From NCBI GenBank assembly GCA_045803545.1, contig JBJMOW010000004.1, positions 896,001 through 960,000 of the forward strand: 64,000 bases of DNA, written 5' to 3'. Below are positions 9,793 through 18,839 of the stretch, piece by piece (the stretch's first letter is position 1; each line of letters begins with the position of its first letter). The position numbers were made by a program, and so were the translations under genes. The notes under the pieces were generated by a model. That model was not told the origin of the DNA. It saw only the letters and a list, made by a program, of their open reading frames with translations, and ran no database searches. The DNA is from Gemmatimonadaceae bacterium. GTDB taxonomy: Bacteria; Gemmatimonadota; Gemmatimonadetes; Gemmatimonadales; Gemmatimonadaceae.

Positions 9793-9963
9793 TGACTGAG
9801 GGCCGAGGACCAACTGCATCGATCATCGCGGACTAATTGCTGATCAAGGACAATCGAGGACCTCGTCGGTTGTCTGCACTCCTCACTTAATCAGCAATCA
9901 TCGATGCACTTAGTCCTTAGGCCTCAGTCATCACCATGCACTTAGTCTTCGGGCCTCGGTCAA
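9793..9963. repeat. Long imperfect inverted repeat with a duplicated right arm between convergent genes
   Basis: 9794-9823 matches the reverse complement of 9900-9929 at 25/30; nested inner stems; second arm copy at 9936-9963. Confidence 0.85.
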
Positions 9964-9966
9964 TAT

Positions 9967-10749
9967 CTACGTTCGGGGCGCCGCCGGCTTAGCCGCATAA
10001 ATGAAGTCGTAGTAATCCCTCATCTCCAGCTCCGAGGCCGCGTCATTGTCGACGATGACGGTGGCATCGCGATGCAACTGGAGCGCGCTGGCTGTGATCA
10101 TGCTCGAGACCGGTCCCTCGACCGCCTCCGCAATCGCCCGCGCCTTCGACTTCCCGCTCGCAACCAGCAACAGCTGCCGCGCCTCGAGAATCGTTCCGAC
10201 TCCCATCGTGATCGCGTAGACGGGCACGTCTTCGCGCCGATCAAAGAATCGCGCGTTATCGCCGATCGTCTGCATCGACAGCGTTTTCAGACGAGTGCGT
10301 GAACTGAGCGAGCTGGTTGGCTCGTTGAAGGCAATGTGGCCGTCGCTGCCGATGCCGAGAATCTGCAGGTCGATCCCGCCAGATTCCATGATCCGCTTTT
10401 CGTACCAGTCGCAAAACGCCGGATAATTGCTGGTCGTGCCCGACGGCACGTTGATGTTCTGCGGCTGAACGTTCACGTGCTGGAAGAAATTCTCCTGCAT
10501 GAAGTAGCCGTAACTCTGCGGATGATTGCTGGGCAGGCCAACATATTCATCGAGGTTGAATGTCACCACTCGCGAGAAATCGAGCTGTCCACGCTGGTAC
10601 ATTCGCACCAGCTCCTGGTAAAGCCCGAGTGGCGTCGATCCCGTCGCCATCCCCAGCACCGCGTTGGGTTTGGTGTTGAGCAGCTCGGCGACCATCTCGG
10701 CCGCGAGCTTGCTCATCTCGTTGTAGTTCTGCCTGATGACTACTTCCAT
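9967..10749 (-). CDS. nagB: Glucosamine-6-phosphate deaminase
   Basis: GMATGSTP, TFNLDEY and GIGSDGHIAFNEP motifs. Confidence 0.95.
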   Translation of the reverse strand: MEVVIRQNYNEMSKLAAEMVAELLNTKPNAVLGMATGSTPLGLYQELVRMYQRGQLDFSRVVTFNLDEYVGLPSNHPQSYGYFMQENFFQHVNVQPQNINVPSGTTSNYPAFCDWYEKRIMESGGIDLQILGIGSDGHIAFNEPTSSLSSRTRLKTLSMQTIGDNARFFDRREDVPVYAITMGVGTILEARQLLLVASGKSKARAIAEAVEGPVSSMITASALQLHRDATVIVDNDAASELEMRDYYDFIYAAKPAAPRT

Positions 10750-10882
10750 GAGGTTCTCATCCCCGGTTCATGCTCCGTCCGTGAAGACTGCGGCTATACG
10801 CTCGTTCAATCCGCATTATGCGAAAATCGATCGGTGTCGGCAACGTTTGAGACTGCTGCACGATTAAAGCAATACATCGTCG

Positions 10883-10908
10883 GGAATAACCCCGCTCCTC
10901 GTCGGGTC
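10883..10908 (+). promoter_or_regulatory. Putative ECF promoter GGAATAA-N15-GGTC
   Basis: Same boxes and spacing recur at 11678-11703; an ECF sigma lies in the same cluster. Confidence 0.65.
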
Positions 10909-10951
10909 ATAAGTACTAACACCGGACTCAAAGACTTTACGAGGAGTAAAG

Positions 10952-11755
10952 ATGCGGATAATCCAAAGCGGCGCCCGGTTGATGCTTGGCGCTGCACTAG
11001 CGTTTGGCAGCCTGGCCTGTAGTCAGATTCAGCACGTCGAGGCCGCACCTGTAGGAGCGATCGCAGATTCGATGCCCGGTGCAGACAGGAGAACGTCTGC
11101 TCCGGTAAAGATGGATAGCAAAACACTGGTCGCTGATTTAAAACAGGGCGGCTATGTGATTGTCTTTCGCCACGCACCCACCAACCGTGATCAAGCTGAT
11201 ACTGATCCGCTGAACTATTCCGACACAACTCACCAGCGGTTGTTGAGTGATAAGGGTCGTGAGCTCGCCGCCGAAATCGGCGTCGCATTTCTCGAGCTGA
11301 AAATCCCGGTGGGCAGAGTCTACACGAGCGAGTACAGTCGCGCGATTCAAACCGGGAAACTGATCGGTGGCCGCGACGTGACGCCAACTATCGACGTTAC
11401 AGAAGGCGGCCTGGTAGCGACTCCGATCGAAAACGATCGACGGACTGCCGCGCTCAAAGCGTTGGCTGCTACTCCGCCTGCAGCCGGCACTAATACCATC
11501 ATCGTCACACACAAGCCGAATCTCGTCGACGCGTTTGGCGTGGACTGGGTCAGCTCGACGGAAGCCGACGCAGCAGTGTTCAAACCCGATGGATACGACC
11601 ACGCCACACTGGTCGCGAGAGTGGCGCCCCTCGAATGGATCAAGATCGCGACACCTGCACCTATCACTGACCACCTTGGAATAAAACCGGGCGAGTCCAG
11701 GTCTTTTAAGTCGAAGCGTCAGTATTCGACAATCCCTGGAGATCGATTTCTATGA
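10952..11755 (+). CDS. Histidine phosphatase family protein, putative lipoprotein
   Basis: VIVFRHAPT, S..RA.QT, IIVTH; SLAC lipobox. Confidence 0.8.
   Translation: MRIIQSGARLMLGAALAFGSLACSQIQHVEAAPVGAIADSMPGADRRTSAPVKMDSKTLVADLKQGGYVIVFRHAPTNRDQADTDPLNYSDTTHQRLLSDKGRELAAEIGVAFLELKIPVGRVYTSEYSRAIQTGKLIGGRDVTPTIDVTEGGLVATPIENDRRTAALKALAATPPAAGTNTIIVTHKPNLVDAFGVDWVSSTEADAAVFKPDGYDHATLVARVAPLEWIKIATPAPITDHLGIKPGESRSFKSKRQYSTIPGDRFL
11678..11703 (+). promoter_or_regulatory. Putative ECF promoter GGAATAA-N15-GGTC inside the 3' end of the phosphatase ORF
   Basis: Second copy of the motif, 48 nt upstream of ATG 11752. Confidence 0.65.
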
Positions 11756-13092
11756 GTCACGACGATCGCAACCCCGAAAAATTCGACGAGCAAGGCAACA
11801 CTCGTCCGAACGGCTCCAATTACATAAGCGATCTTCTGACCGAAGACGGGATCGATCGTCGCGGTTTCCTCAAGTGCATGGCATGGGCAGGAACGGCCAC
11901 CGTCTGGGGACTCGCCGGAGGAATTCCAACTTCGTTCCGCCTGAACTCACTCAATTCGCTAACCGAATCTCAGCGTAAGAGCGTGTTCTTCGCGCAGATC
12001 AGCGACAGCCATATCGGCTTCAGCAAGGAAGCCAACAAGGATGTCACAGCGACGCTGCAGGAAGCGGTAGGCAAGCTGAACTCACTGCCGCAGCGACCGG
12101 CCTTGGTACTGCACACCGGCGACATCACTCAGCTCGCTAAGACCGACGAATTCGACACCGCCAATGAGGTGCTGAAAAGCGTCAAAACCGATCGAATCTT
12201 CTACGTCCCCGGCGAGCACGATGTCGCATCCGATAATGGCGCGTCTTACCTGCAGAGATACGGCAAAAACACCAGGGGCGGCGGCTGGTACAGCTTCGAC
12301 CACTCCGGCGTTCACTTCGTCGGGCTTGTCAACGTGCTCAATCTCAAGGCCGGCGGGCTCGGCTCGCTCGGCGCCGAGCAGGTAGCGTGGCTCAGGAAAG
12401 ACGTCAGCGGTCTCTCGAGCAGCATACCCATTGTGTTGTTCGCCCACGTTCCGTTATGGACAGTTTATCCGGAATGGGGCTGGGGCACCGATGACTCCGA
12501 GCAGGCATTGGCACTGCTGAAACGCTTCGGATCTGTCACGGTGTTGAATGGCCACATCCATCAGATCATGCAGAAGGTGGAGGGAAATGTGTCCTTTCAC
12601 ACGGCGATGTCGACTGCGTTTCCGCAGCCAACGCCGGGGACGGCGCCGGCGCCCGGACCTATGAAGGTCGAACCGGACCGTCTCAAGAGCGTGCTCGGCA
12701 TCACCGACGTGACTTTTGTTCCTGGTCGCAGCGCACTTGCTGTCGTCGATGCAACGCTGTCAGGTCAGCCGCCCGCGTTCGAGCAGGCAAGTCGCGAAGC
12801 AATGCAGCGCCGGCAGACAGCGCGGAAAAGCATCACCCTCGCCGCCAATGAGATCGGAATCGACAACTTCAAGTTCGGCCCGGCAACCTTGACGGTCGCG
12901 CGCGGGACGAAGGTAACGTGGATCAACAATGATGATGTCCCGCACCTGATTGTGAATGTTGAAAACAAATTCAGGCAATCGCCCGTTTTGGATTCGGATC
13001 AGAAATTCTCGGTGAGTCTTACCAAGCCGGGCACTTACAACTATTTCTGCTCACTGCATCCGATGATGGTTGGCAAGATCATCGTCACATAG
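11752..13092 (+). CDS. Tat-exported calcineurin-like metallophosphoesterase fused to a C-terminal cupredoxin
   Basis: DRRGFL; DSH, GD, GEHD, HVP and GHIH motifs; C-terminal PH...YFCSLHPMM type-1 copper ligands. Confidence 0.88.
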   Translation: MSHDDRNPEKFDEQGNTRPNGSNYISDLLTEDGIDRRGFLKCMAWAGTATVWGLAGGIPTSFRLNSLNSLTESQRKSVFFAQISDSHIGFSKEANKDVTATLQEAVGKLNSLPQRPALVLHTGDITQLAKTDEFDTANEVLKSVKTDRIFYVPGEHDVASDNGASYLQRYGKNTRGGGWYSFDHSGVHFVGLVNVLNLKAGGLGSLGAEQVAWLRKDVSGLSSSIPIVLFAHVPLWTVYPEWGWGTDDSEQALALLKRFGSVTVLNGHIHQIMQKVEGNVSFHTAMSTAFPQPTPGTAPAPGPMKVEPDRLKSVLGITDVTFVPGRSALAVVDATLSGQPPAFEQASREAMQRRQTARKSITLAANEIGIDNFKFGPATLTVARGTKVTWINNDDVPHLIVNVENKFRQSPVLDSDQKFSVSLTKPGTYNYFCSLHPMMVGKIIVT

Positions 13093-13096
13093 AGCA

Positions 13097-13621
13097 ATGC
13101 CAGACACACAGATCGAACAATTCGAGCGAGTGGTGATGCCTCATCTCAATGACGCATACACCCTCGCTCGTTACCTCCTGCACGACGAGCACGATGCGCA
13201 AGACGTCGTGCAGGACGCGGTGTTGCGCGCAATCAGGCACATCGATGGATTCCGTCACGGTGATGCGCGCGCGTGGCTCCTCACCATCGTGCGAAACTGC
13301 TGCTACACCTGGCACAAATCTCACAAGCGCGATCGCTCCAACGTTTCACTCTCGGATGACAGCGCGCTAATGGTCGCAGATACAAGCTCGGCGGACGACG
13401 CAACGATCAGAGCATCAGATAACGAGCTCATTCGCGACGCTGTTGATAAGCTGCCCGCTGAATTACGCGAAGTGCTGGTGCTGCGCGAGCTGAACGAGCT
13501 GTCCTATCGCGAGATCAGCGAAGTCGTCGGAGTGCCAATGGGCACCGTGATGTCGCGGTTGTCACGCGCGCGCGAGAAGCTGGCGTCGGTACTGGGCGAA
13601 GGAACAAGGAAGGCCGGATGA
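13097..13621 (+). CDS. ECF sigma-70 factor
   Basis: DAQDVVQD, AWLLTIVRN, LSYREISEVVGVPMGTVMSRLSRAR. Confidence 0.93.
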   Translation: MPDTQIEQFERVVMPHLNDAYTLARYLLHDEHDAQDVVQDAVLRAIRHIDGFRHGDARAWLLTIVRNCCYTWHKSHKRDRSNVSLSDDSALMVADTSSADDATIRASDNELIRDAVDKLPAELREVLVLRELNELSYREISEVVGVPMGTVMSRLSRAREKLASVLGEGTRKAG

Positions 13622-14391
13622 CTTGTAAAGAGTGTCTCGACAGTCTCAACGCATACGTCGACGGTGAGCTGGCCGCTGACGAAGCTGCCACCGTACGCGA
13701 TCATCTCGCGAGCTGCGACGATTGCGCCGCACAACACACACGACTCGTTGAAGGAACAATGCGGCTCAAGGGGGCGCTGATGCGTTACGAAGCACCTGAT
13801 GTCCTGAAAGCGCGTCTTCGCGCCCGCCTGACGAGGCCCGACCCGGAGATTGTCGCGGCACAGCCGCGCGTCCCGTTCTTCCGCGCCGTTCGCTGGCCGA
13901 CTGCGATTGCTGCCGCGGCGATGGTGGCTGTTCTTAGCAGCGCGGCCACCCTCTCACTCGCGAACCGGAAATCAGGCGCCGACGCAATTCAGAGTGAGCT
14001 CCTCGCCAGCCACATCAGATCGTTGATGCCCGGCCATCTCACCGATGTCGCCTCGAACGATCAGCACAACGTGAAGCCGTGGTTCAACGGTCGAGTCGAC
14101 ATGTCGCCGAATGTCCCCCGACTGGATTCGCTCGGCTTCCCGCTCGTTGGCGGCCGAATCGATTACATCAATGGCCGCAGCGTTCCCGTGATCGTCTACA
14201 CACGCCGCCAGCACGTGATCAACGTGTACGGATGACCGTCGAACACAGTCGGCGACAAGCCGGTCACCGCCAGCAGTCACGGCTACAATCTCATTCGGGT
14301 GCCAGTGAACGGAGAGGAGATGTGGGTCGTTTCCGATCTCAACCGGAACGAGCTCGAAGGCTTCGTCAGGCTATTAGTGGGGACGAGCTAG
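13618..14391 (+). pseudogene. Zinc-finger (ZAS) transmembrane anti-sigma factor interrupted by in-frame TGA at 14233-14235
   Basis: HLASCDDC, TM helix, HNVKPWF; the frame continues after the TGA as P...GYNL...MWVVSDLNRNELEGF to TAG 14391. Confidence 0.75.
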
Positions 14392-14425
14392 CAGCGGCGA
14401 AGGGCATTACGACTCTTAAACCGGG

Positions 14426-15838
14426 ATGCGGGCACTGACAGTCCGCTATTTTTCCCGGATGTCCTTGACTCGCACTTTAGCCTTCCTGGGCGCCCTCGCT
14501 CTTTGGAGCGCAAAATCGCAATCGCAGATCGTTGAACGCCCGGTCCCATTCGATAACAACGGCCGGGTGATGGTGATGACACCGTACATCGCCGAGCGCG
14601 CTTCGTTGCGCGCTCCATGGTGGCCGGTGGCCGGCGAATTCAACGACGCGCGGATGTTCACCACCAACGACTCCACGTTCGTGCTGGCAGTGAGTCGCAA
14701 GTCCGGAGTCGTCGAGCGCTACACCATTTCGGTTGCCGATCGCGATGCCATTCGTGCGATCGTATCGCGACTGCCGAGCGATGTGATCGCCGCGAGGACC
14801 GACGCGCGCAATGCGTTCGTCAAGAATCAAACCTTCCTCGGTTTGCTGGTGTATGGGCCTGCTTTCTCTGAAGCAATCGCCGACAACGATGCAGGTCGAA
14901 CTGCCGGGTACCTCGTCGTTGCCGGGGGCAGCTTTTTCGCTGCCTCCGAGATCGCGCGCCGGTCATCCATTTCGCGGGCACAGAGCGACCTGTCATTCAA
15001 CATGGGACATAATGGCGCACTACTTGGTTGGGGCGGCGCTTACCTATTCAAGGGTGGCGATCGTGCCCAGGCAGCGAGCGCGTTTGTCGGTGGGCTCGCG
15101 GGTACCGCGATCGGGCTTGGGATCGGACGCGGGATGACTGAGGCCGATGCAGCGGGCGCCGCTTTCGGATCCGACATCGGTGCCCTGATTGGTTGGGGAA
15201 CAGCCGAGGCAATTCGCGGCCCGGAAAAATGCACGGTCGCGGTCCTGACTCCGGGCAGTCCCTTCACAGCGCCAACCTGTTCAAGAAGTCTCTCGGATCG
15301 CACCGAGGTGGGCATCGTGATCGCAGCAGGCCTGATTGGCTATCAGTTCGGAGTTCTCTATCCCCGCAACTCGGCGTACCACGTTACGCCAGGCGACATC
15401 CACGCACTGTGGAGCACGACTCTGCTCGGCATGACTACCTTCGGCGCTTTCCTGGGCGAAAACAGCACTAGCCGCCAGACCGCAGTAGCGCTCACCACTG
15501 GCGGAGTAGTTGGGATTATTGCCGGCGACAGGTTCCTCGCCCAGCGATTCGATCACAGTCGAACGGAAGGGGGCCGGCTTTTCCTCGGTACTGCCGCTGG
15601 TGGCTTGATGGGGGCCGGCATCGCCGCGCTCGCCCAACAGCATAACCCGAGTCCCCATTTGGTTTTAGGCCTCGGCGCCGTTGGCGGTTTGGCTGGCCTG
15701 ATCGCAACCGAGTACTACCTCGATCCGGCCTCCGACGCCGGAACGCCAAGAGTTAGTGTAAGTTTCAGTACTGCTGGGCTTGCCGCGACCGCGTCTCGAA
15801 TTCCCGGGAACCACTCGATTATCGACGTGAGGTTCTAG
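14426..15838 (+). CDS. Hypothetical secreted/membrane Gly-Ala-rich protein
   Basis: Signal peptide, many GxxxG helices, terminal Phe; start may be 14459. Confidence 0.7.
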   Translation: MRALTVRYFSRMSLTRTLAFLGALALWSAKSQSQIVERPVPFDNNGRVMVMTPYIAERASLRAPWWPVAGEFNDARMFTTNDSTFVLAVSRKSGVVERYTISVADRDAIRAIVSRLPSDVIAARTDARNAFVKNQTFLGLLVYGPAFSEAIADNDAGRTAGYLVVAGGSFFAASEIARRSSISRAQSDLSFNMGHNGALLGWGGAYLFKGGDRAQAASAFVGGLAGTAIGLGIGRGMTEADAAGAAFGSDIGALIGWGTAEAIRGPEKCTVAVLTPGSPFTAPTCSRSLSDRTEVGIVIAAGLIGYQFGVLYPRNSAYHVTPGDIHALWSTTLLGMTTFGAFLGENSTSRQTAVALTTGGVVGIIAGDRFLAQRFDHSRTEGGRLFLGTAAGGLMGAGIAALAQQHNPSPHLVLGLGAVGGLAGLIATEYYLDPASDAGTPRVSVSFSTAGLAATASRIPGNHSIIDVRF

Positions 15839-16641
15839 TGGACACCACCACAACTCTCACATTCGGCGAACGACTGCAAGGAAGTTTCGAGCAGCTGTAT
15901 CGCTACGTGCCAGCGCTTTTCGGCGCGCTGGTAATTTTGTTCGCCGGCTATCTACTCGCGCGTTTGCTCGAGAAGGGAACCGAGCGAATCCTCCGACGCA
16001 TCCGCATCCATCAGATCCTCGAGCGCGGCGGCGTGATGGAAGCCGTCGAGCGATCGGGATCGCGCGTCAATCCGGTTCGCGTCGGTGGCAGCCTCGTCTT
16101 CTGGTTCGTGATGTTTGCGGTGATGCTCGTCGCCGCCAACGCGCTCGGACTGCAATCGCTCGCCAACGTCTTCTCAGAGCTCGTTAGCTACATCCCGAGC
16201 GTCATCGCCTCGATCGTGATCATGATCGTAGGCATCGTACTCGGCAGCTTCGTCGGCGGATTGATCATGGCGTCTGCCGGTGGATTGCACGGCGGTCCCA
16301 CCCTGGCGCGCGTTGGTAAGGGCGGCGTCGTACTCCTCGCCACCTTCATGGCGCTCCAGGAGCTGGGTGTTGCGACCGAGATCGTCACTACCGCGTTTGC
16401 GATTCTGTTCGGCGCGATTGCACTCGCGCTCTCCCTCGCCTTCGGACTCGGCAATCGCGATCTCGCCGCCGAAGTAACGCGCAATTGGTATCGCCGTTAC
16501 AAGGACGAGCGAGATGCGATTGATCGAGACAATCGCGAGCTCGATCGCCAGCAGGGAATCGAGACGATCGAAGAGTACGTGCGCCCGCCGCACCCCATCC
16601 GCGACACAGGTCCCGTAGACGTAATCCGCCCGCACGAGTGA
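15838..16641 (+). CDS. CmpX-like TM-helix repeat / small mechanosensitive channel-related protein
   Basis: Two Y(V/I)P..GA/AS repeats; LAFGLGNRD motif. Confidence 0.8.
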   Translation: MDTTTTLTFGERLQGSFEQLYRYVPALFGALVILFAGYLLARLLEKGTERILRRIRIHQILERGGVMEAVERSGSRVNPVRVGGSLVFWFVMFAVMLVAANALGLQSLANVFSELVSYIPSVIASIVIMIVGIVLGSFVGGLIMASAGGLHGGPTLARVGKGGVVLLATFMALQELGVATEIVTTAFAILFGAIALALSLAFGLGNRDLAAEVTRNWYRRYKDERDAIDRDNRELDRQQGIETIEEYVRPPHPIRDTGPVDVIRPHE

Positions 16642-18104
16642 GCGGAATCGCGGCTGCCGCGGAAAACGAAGAACCTGGATCGGCTGTCCCCACTGAGCTC
16701 GCGCGAGCGTTAACCCTCCGCGATGCAATTGCGCTGGTGCTGACTGTGATTGGCACCGGCGTTTTTCTCAAAGCAGCACCGATGGCGCAGCTGGTCGGCA
16801 GTCCATCCAAAGTTCTCCTGGTGTGGCTGGCGGCCGGGCTTCTATCGCTTGCCGGCGCGCTGACCTACGCCGAGCTGGGCGCGATGATGCCTGAAGCGGG
16901 CGGTGAGTACGTATTCCTCCGCGAAGCGTACGGTGATCTGCCGGGCTTCCTGTTTGGTTGGACCTCGGTGATGCTGATCGCGAGTGGCGGACTCGCTGCG
17001 GTCTCGAATGCAGTGGCGTCGTTTCTCGCCGCCTTTGTGTCACTCGACGGTGTCTGGTTCTCGCGCGATCTCCATCTGCTGGGACAAACCGTGCATTGGC
17101 AGCTGGGCGGACAACAGCTCGTCGCGGTCGCGATCATCTTGTTGTTCGCGGCGATCAACTCGCGCGGACTCGAGCTTGGTGGAAAGGTTCAGTGGGCGGC
17201 GACCGTCGCCAAGCTTGGCGGCATGGCAATCATCGTCCTCGGCGCGTTTGCACTTTCCAGGACGGGTTCATGGTCGCATCTGAAAGAGCCGGTGACAGCG
17301 GAGCTCGTCCCGACCGGGGTTGGCGCATTCGGTGCGGCGATGATCGCGGCGCTATGGGCGTACCAAGGCTGGTCTAATCTGCCGATGGTAGCGGGCGAAA
17401 TAGAAAAGCCGGAGCGCAACGTGCCGCGCGCTCTGATCTACGGCATGCTCCTGGTGATTGTCGTTTATCTGCTCGCGAACATTGCTTTCTTCTACGCGCT
17501 CCCGTTCAGCGAAGTACTGACGTCGAACTCGACTGCGTACCGTCAGGCGCTGCCGGTTGCGTCGAAGGCAGCGCAGACGTTCTGGTCATACGGCGCTCAG
17601 CTAGTCTCGCTTGCCTTCATGATTGCCGCGATTGGCGCGCTCAACGGCATCACCCTCATGAATGCGCGAGTGCCGTTCGCGATGGCGCGCAACGGACTCT
17701 TCTTCCGCTCTCTCGGCGTGCTCAGCGACAAGCGCGTTCCTGCTCGCGCTATCTGGTTCCAGGGATTGTGGGCGTGTGTGCTGGCGTTGTCGGGTACCTT
17801 CGATCAGATCACGACGTCGGTGATTTTCGCCGTGTGGCTGTTCACCGCGCTGGTCGGATCTTCCTTATTTGTCTTGCGTCACAAGTTGCCGGCCGCACCG
17901 CGCCGCTACCGCGCGATCGGGTATCCGGTGGTGCCGGCCGTGTTCGTGCTCGTCGCCGCCTGGCTGGTCCTCAACAGCCTCTGGGCGACTCCAGTCGAAT
18001 CGGCTGCCGGGATCATTCTCATCGCACTTGGTTTGCCCTTCTTTCTTTTCTTTCGCGCGACTCGCCGCGACGAACACCCCGAAGAAACGGTGAGGTCCTC
18101 GTAA
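16638..18104 (+). CDS. APC family amino acid permease
   Basis: IGTGVF, YAELGAMMPEAGGEY, WAYQGW and GEIEKPERN motifs. Confidence 0.92.
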   Translation: MSGIAAAAENEEPGSAVPTELARALTLRDAIALVLTVIGTGVFLKAAPMAQLVGSPSKVLLVWLAAGLLSLAGALTYAELGAMMPEAGGEYVFLREAYGDLPGFLFGWTSVMLIASGGLAAVSNAVASFLAAFVSLDGVWFSRDLHLLGQTVHWQLGGQQLVAVAIILLFAAINSRGLELGGKVQWAATVAKLGGMAIIVLGAFALSRTGSWSHLKEPVTAELVPTGVGAFGAAMIAALWAYQGWSNLPMVAGEIEKPERNVPRALIYGMLLVIVVYLLANIAFFYALPFSEVLTSNSTAYRQALPVASKAAQTFWSYGAQLVSLAFMIAAIGALNGITLMNARVPFAMARNGLFFRSLGVLSDKRVPARAIWFQGLWACVLALSGTFDQITTSVIFAVWLFTALVGSSLFVLRHKLPAAPRRYRAIGYPVVPAVFVLVAAWLVLNSLWATPVESAAGIILIALGLPFFLFFRATRRDEHPEETVRSS

Positions 18105-18169
18105 AGCGCTGGCTGGTCGCAGCTTTCGGCTAGCCGGCAGCTGGCCGACGGCTGCCAGCCGCCAGCGCT
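18105..18169. repeat. GC-rich intergenic hairpin
   Basis: agcgctggc/gccagcgct outer stem; tcggctagc/gctggccga inner stem. Confidence 0.7.
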
Positions 18170-18203
18170 CTGTTTGGCATACGCCTTCCACTTAGAGGCG
18201 ACC

Positions 18204-18839
18204 ATGCCCGCCAAAAACAACGATCTCCACGGCAACGTCCCCGACGAATCTCCGGTCGCCCTGATCCTGATCGACGTCATCAACGACATGGAGTTCGACT
18301 CAGGTGACGCGCTGTTCCGGAACGCGCTGCCTGCCGCCCGAAATCTCGCCGCGCTGAAGAAGCGCGCGCAGCAGGCAGGCGTCGCGACCATTTACGTAAA
18401 CGACAACTTTGGAAAGTGGCGCTCAGATTTCCGGTCGCAGCTCGATCACGTGCTCGACGACGGTGTGCGCGGCGAGCCAATCGCAAAACTCCTTCGCCCG
18501 GGCAAAGAGGATTATTTCGTCCTCAAGGCTAAGCACTCGGGCTTCTACGATACGCAACTCGATCTGTTGATCGACTATCTCCACGTAAAGACCGTCATAC
18601 TCGGCGGATTTGCGACAGACATGTGCGTGCTGTTCACCGCCTCGGATGCCTATTTGCGCGATCTCGAGATCATCGTCCCACCCGACTGCTGCGCCGCGGC
18701 GACAATCGAGCACCACAATCAGGCACTACAGCACATGTCTCGCGTGCTGCACGTGAAGACTCCTTCGTCCGTCGAGCTCAATCTCGCCGAGCTGGTCGAT
18801 CGCGGCCGTCGCCCACAGCTCGCACAAACCGCTCGGTAA
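18204..18839 (+). CDS. Isochorismatase-family cysteine hydrolase
   Basis: LIDVIND, KAKHSGF and ATDMC give the D-K-C triad; ATG at 18204. Confidence 0.88.
   Translation: MPAKNNDLHGNVPDESPVALILIDVINDMEFDSGDALFRNALPAARNLAALKKRAQQAGVATIYVNDNFGKWRSDFRSQLDHVLDDGVRGEPIAKLLRPGKEDYFVLKAKHSGFYDTQLDLLIDYLHVKTVILGGFATDMCVLFTASDAYLRDLEIIVPPDCCAAATIEHHNQALQHMSRVLHVKTPSSVELNLAELVDRGRRPQLAQTAR

Noticed and set aside
9904..9963. Two ~27-nt direct repeats as a mini-CRISPR
   Set aside because: Only two copies with a ~5-nt spacer and no cas genes.
14233..14235. Selenocysteine or genetic code 4/25 explanation for the in-frame TGA
   Set aside because: The expected residue is Trp, not Cys; no convincing SECIS seen; many genes here end in TGA.
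18778..18839. 62-nt 3' overlap of convergent isochorismatase and M28 genes
   Set aside because: Involves only unconserved tails; common in compact GC-rich genomes.
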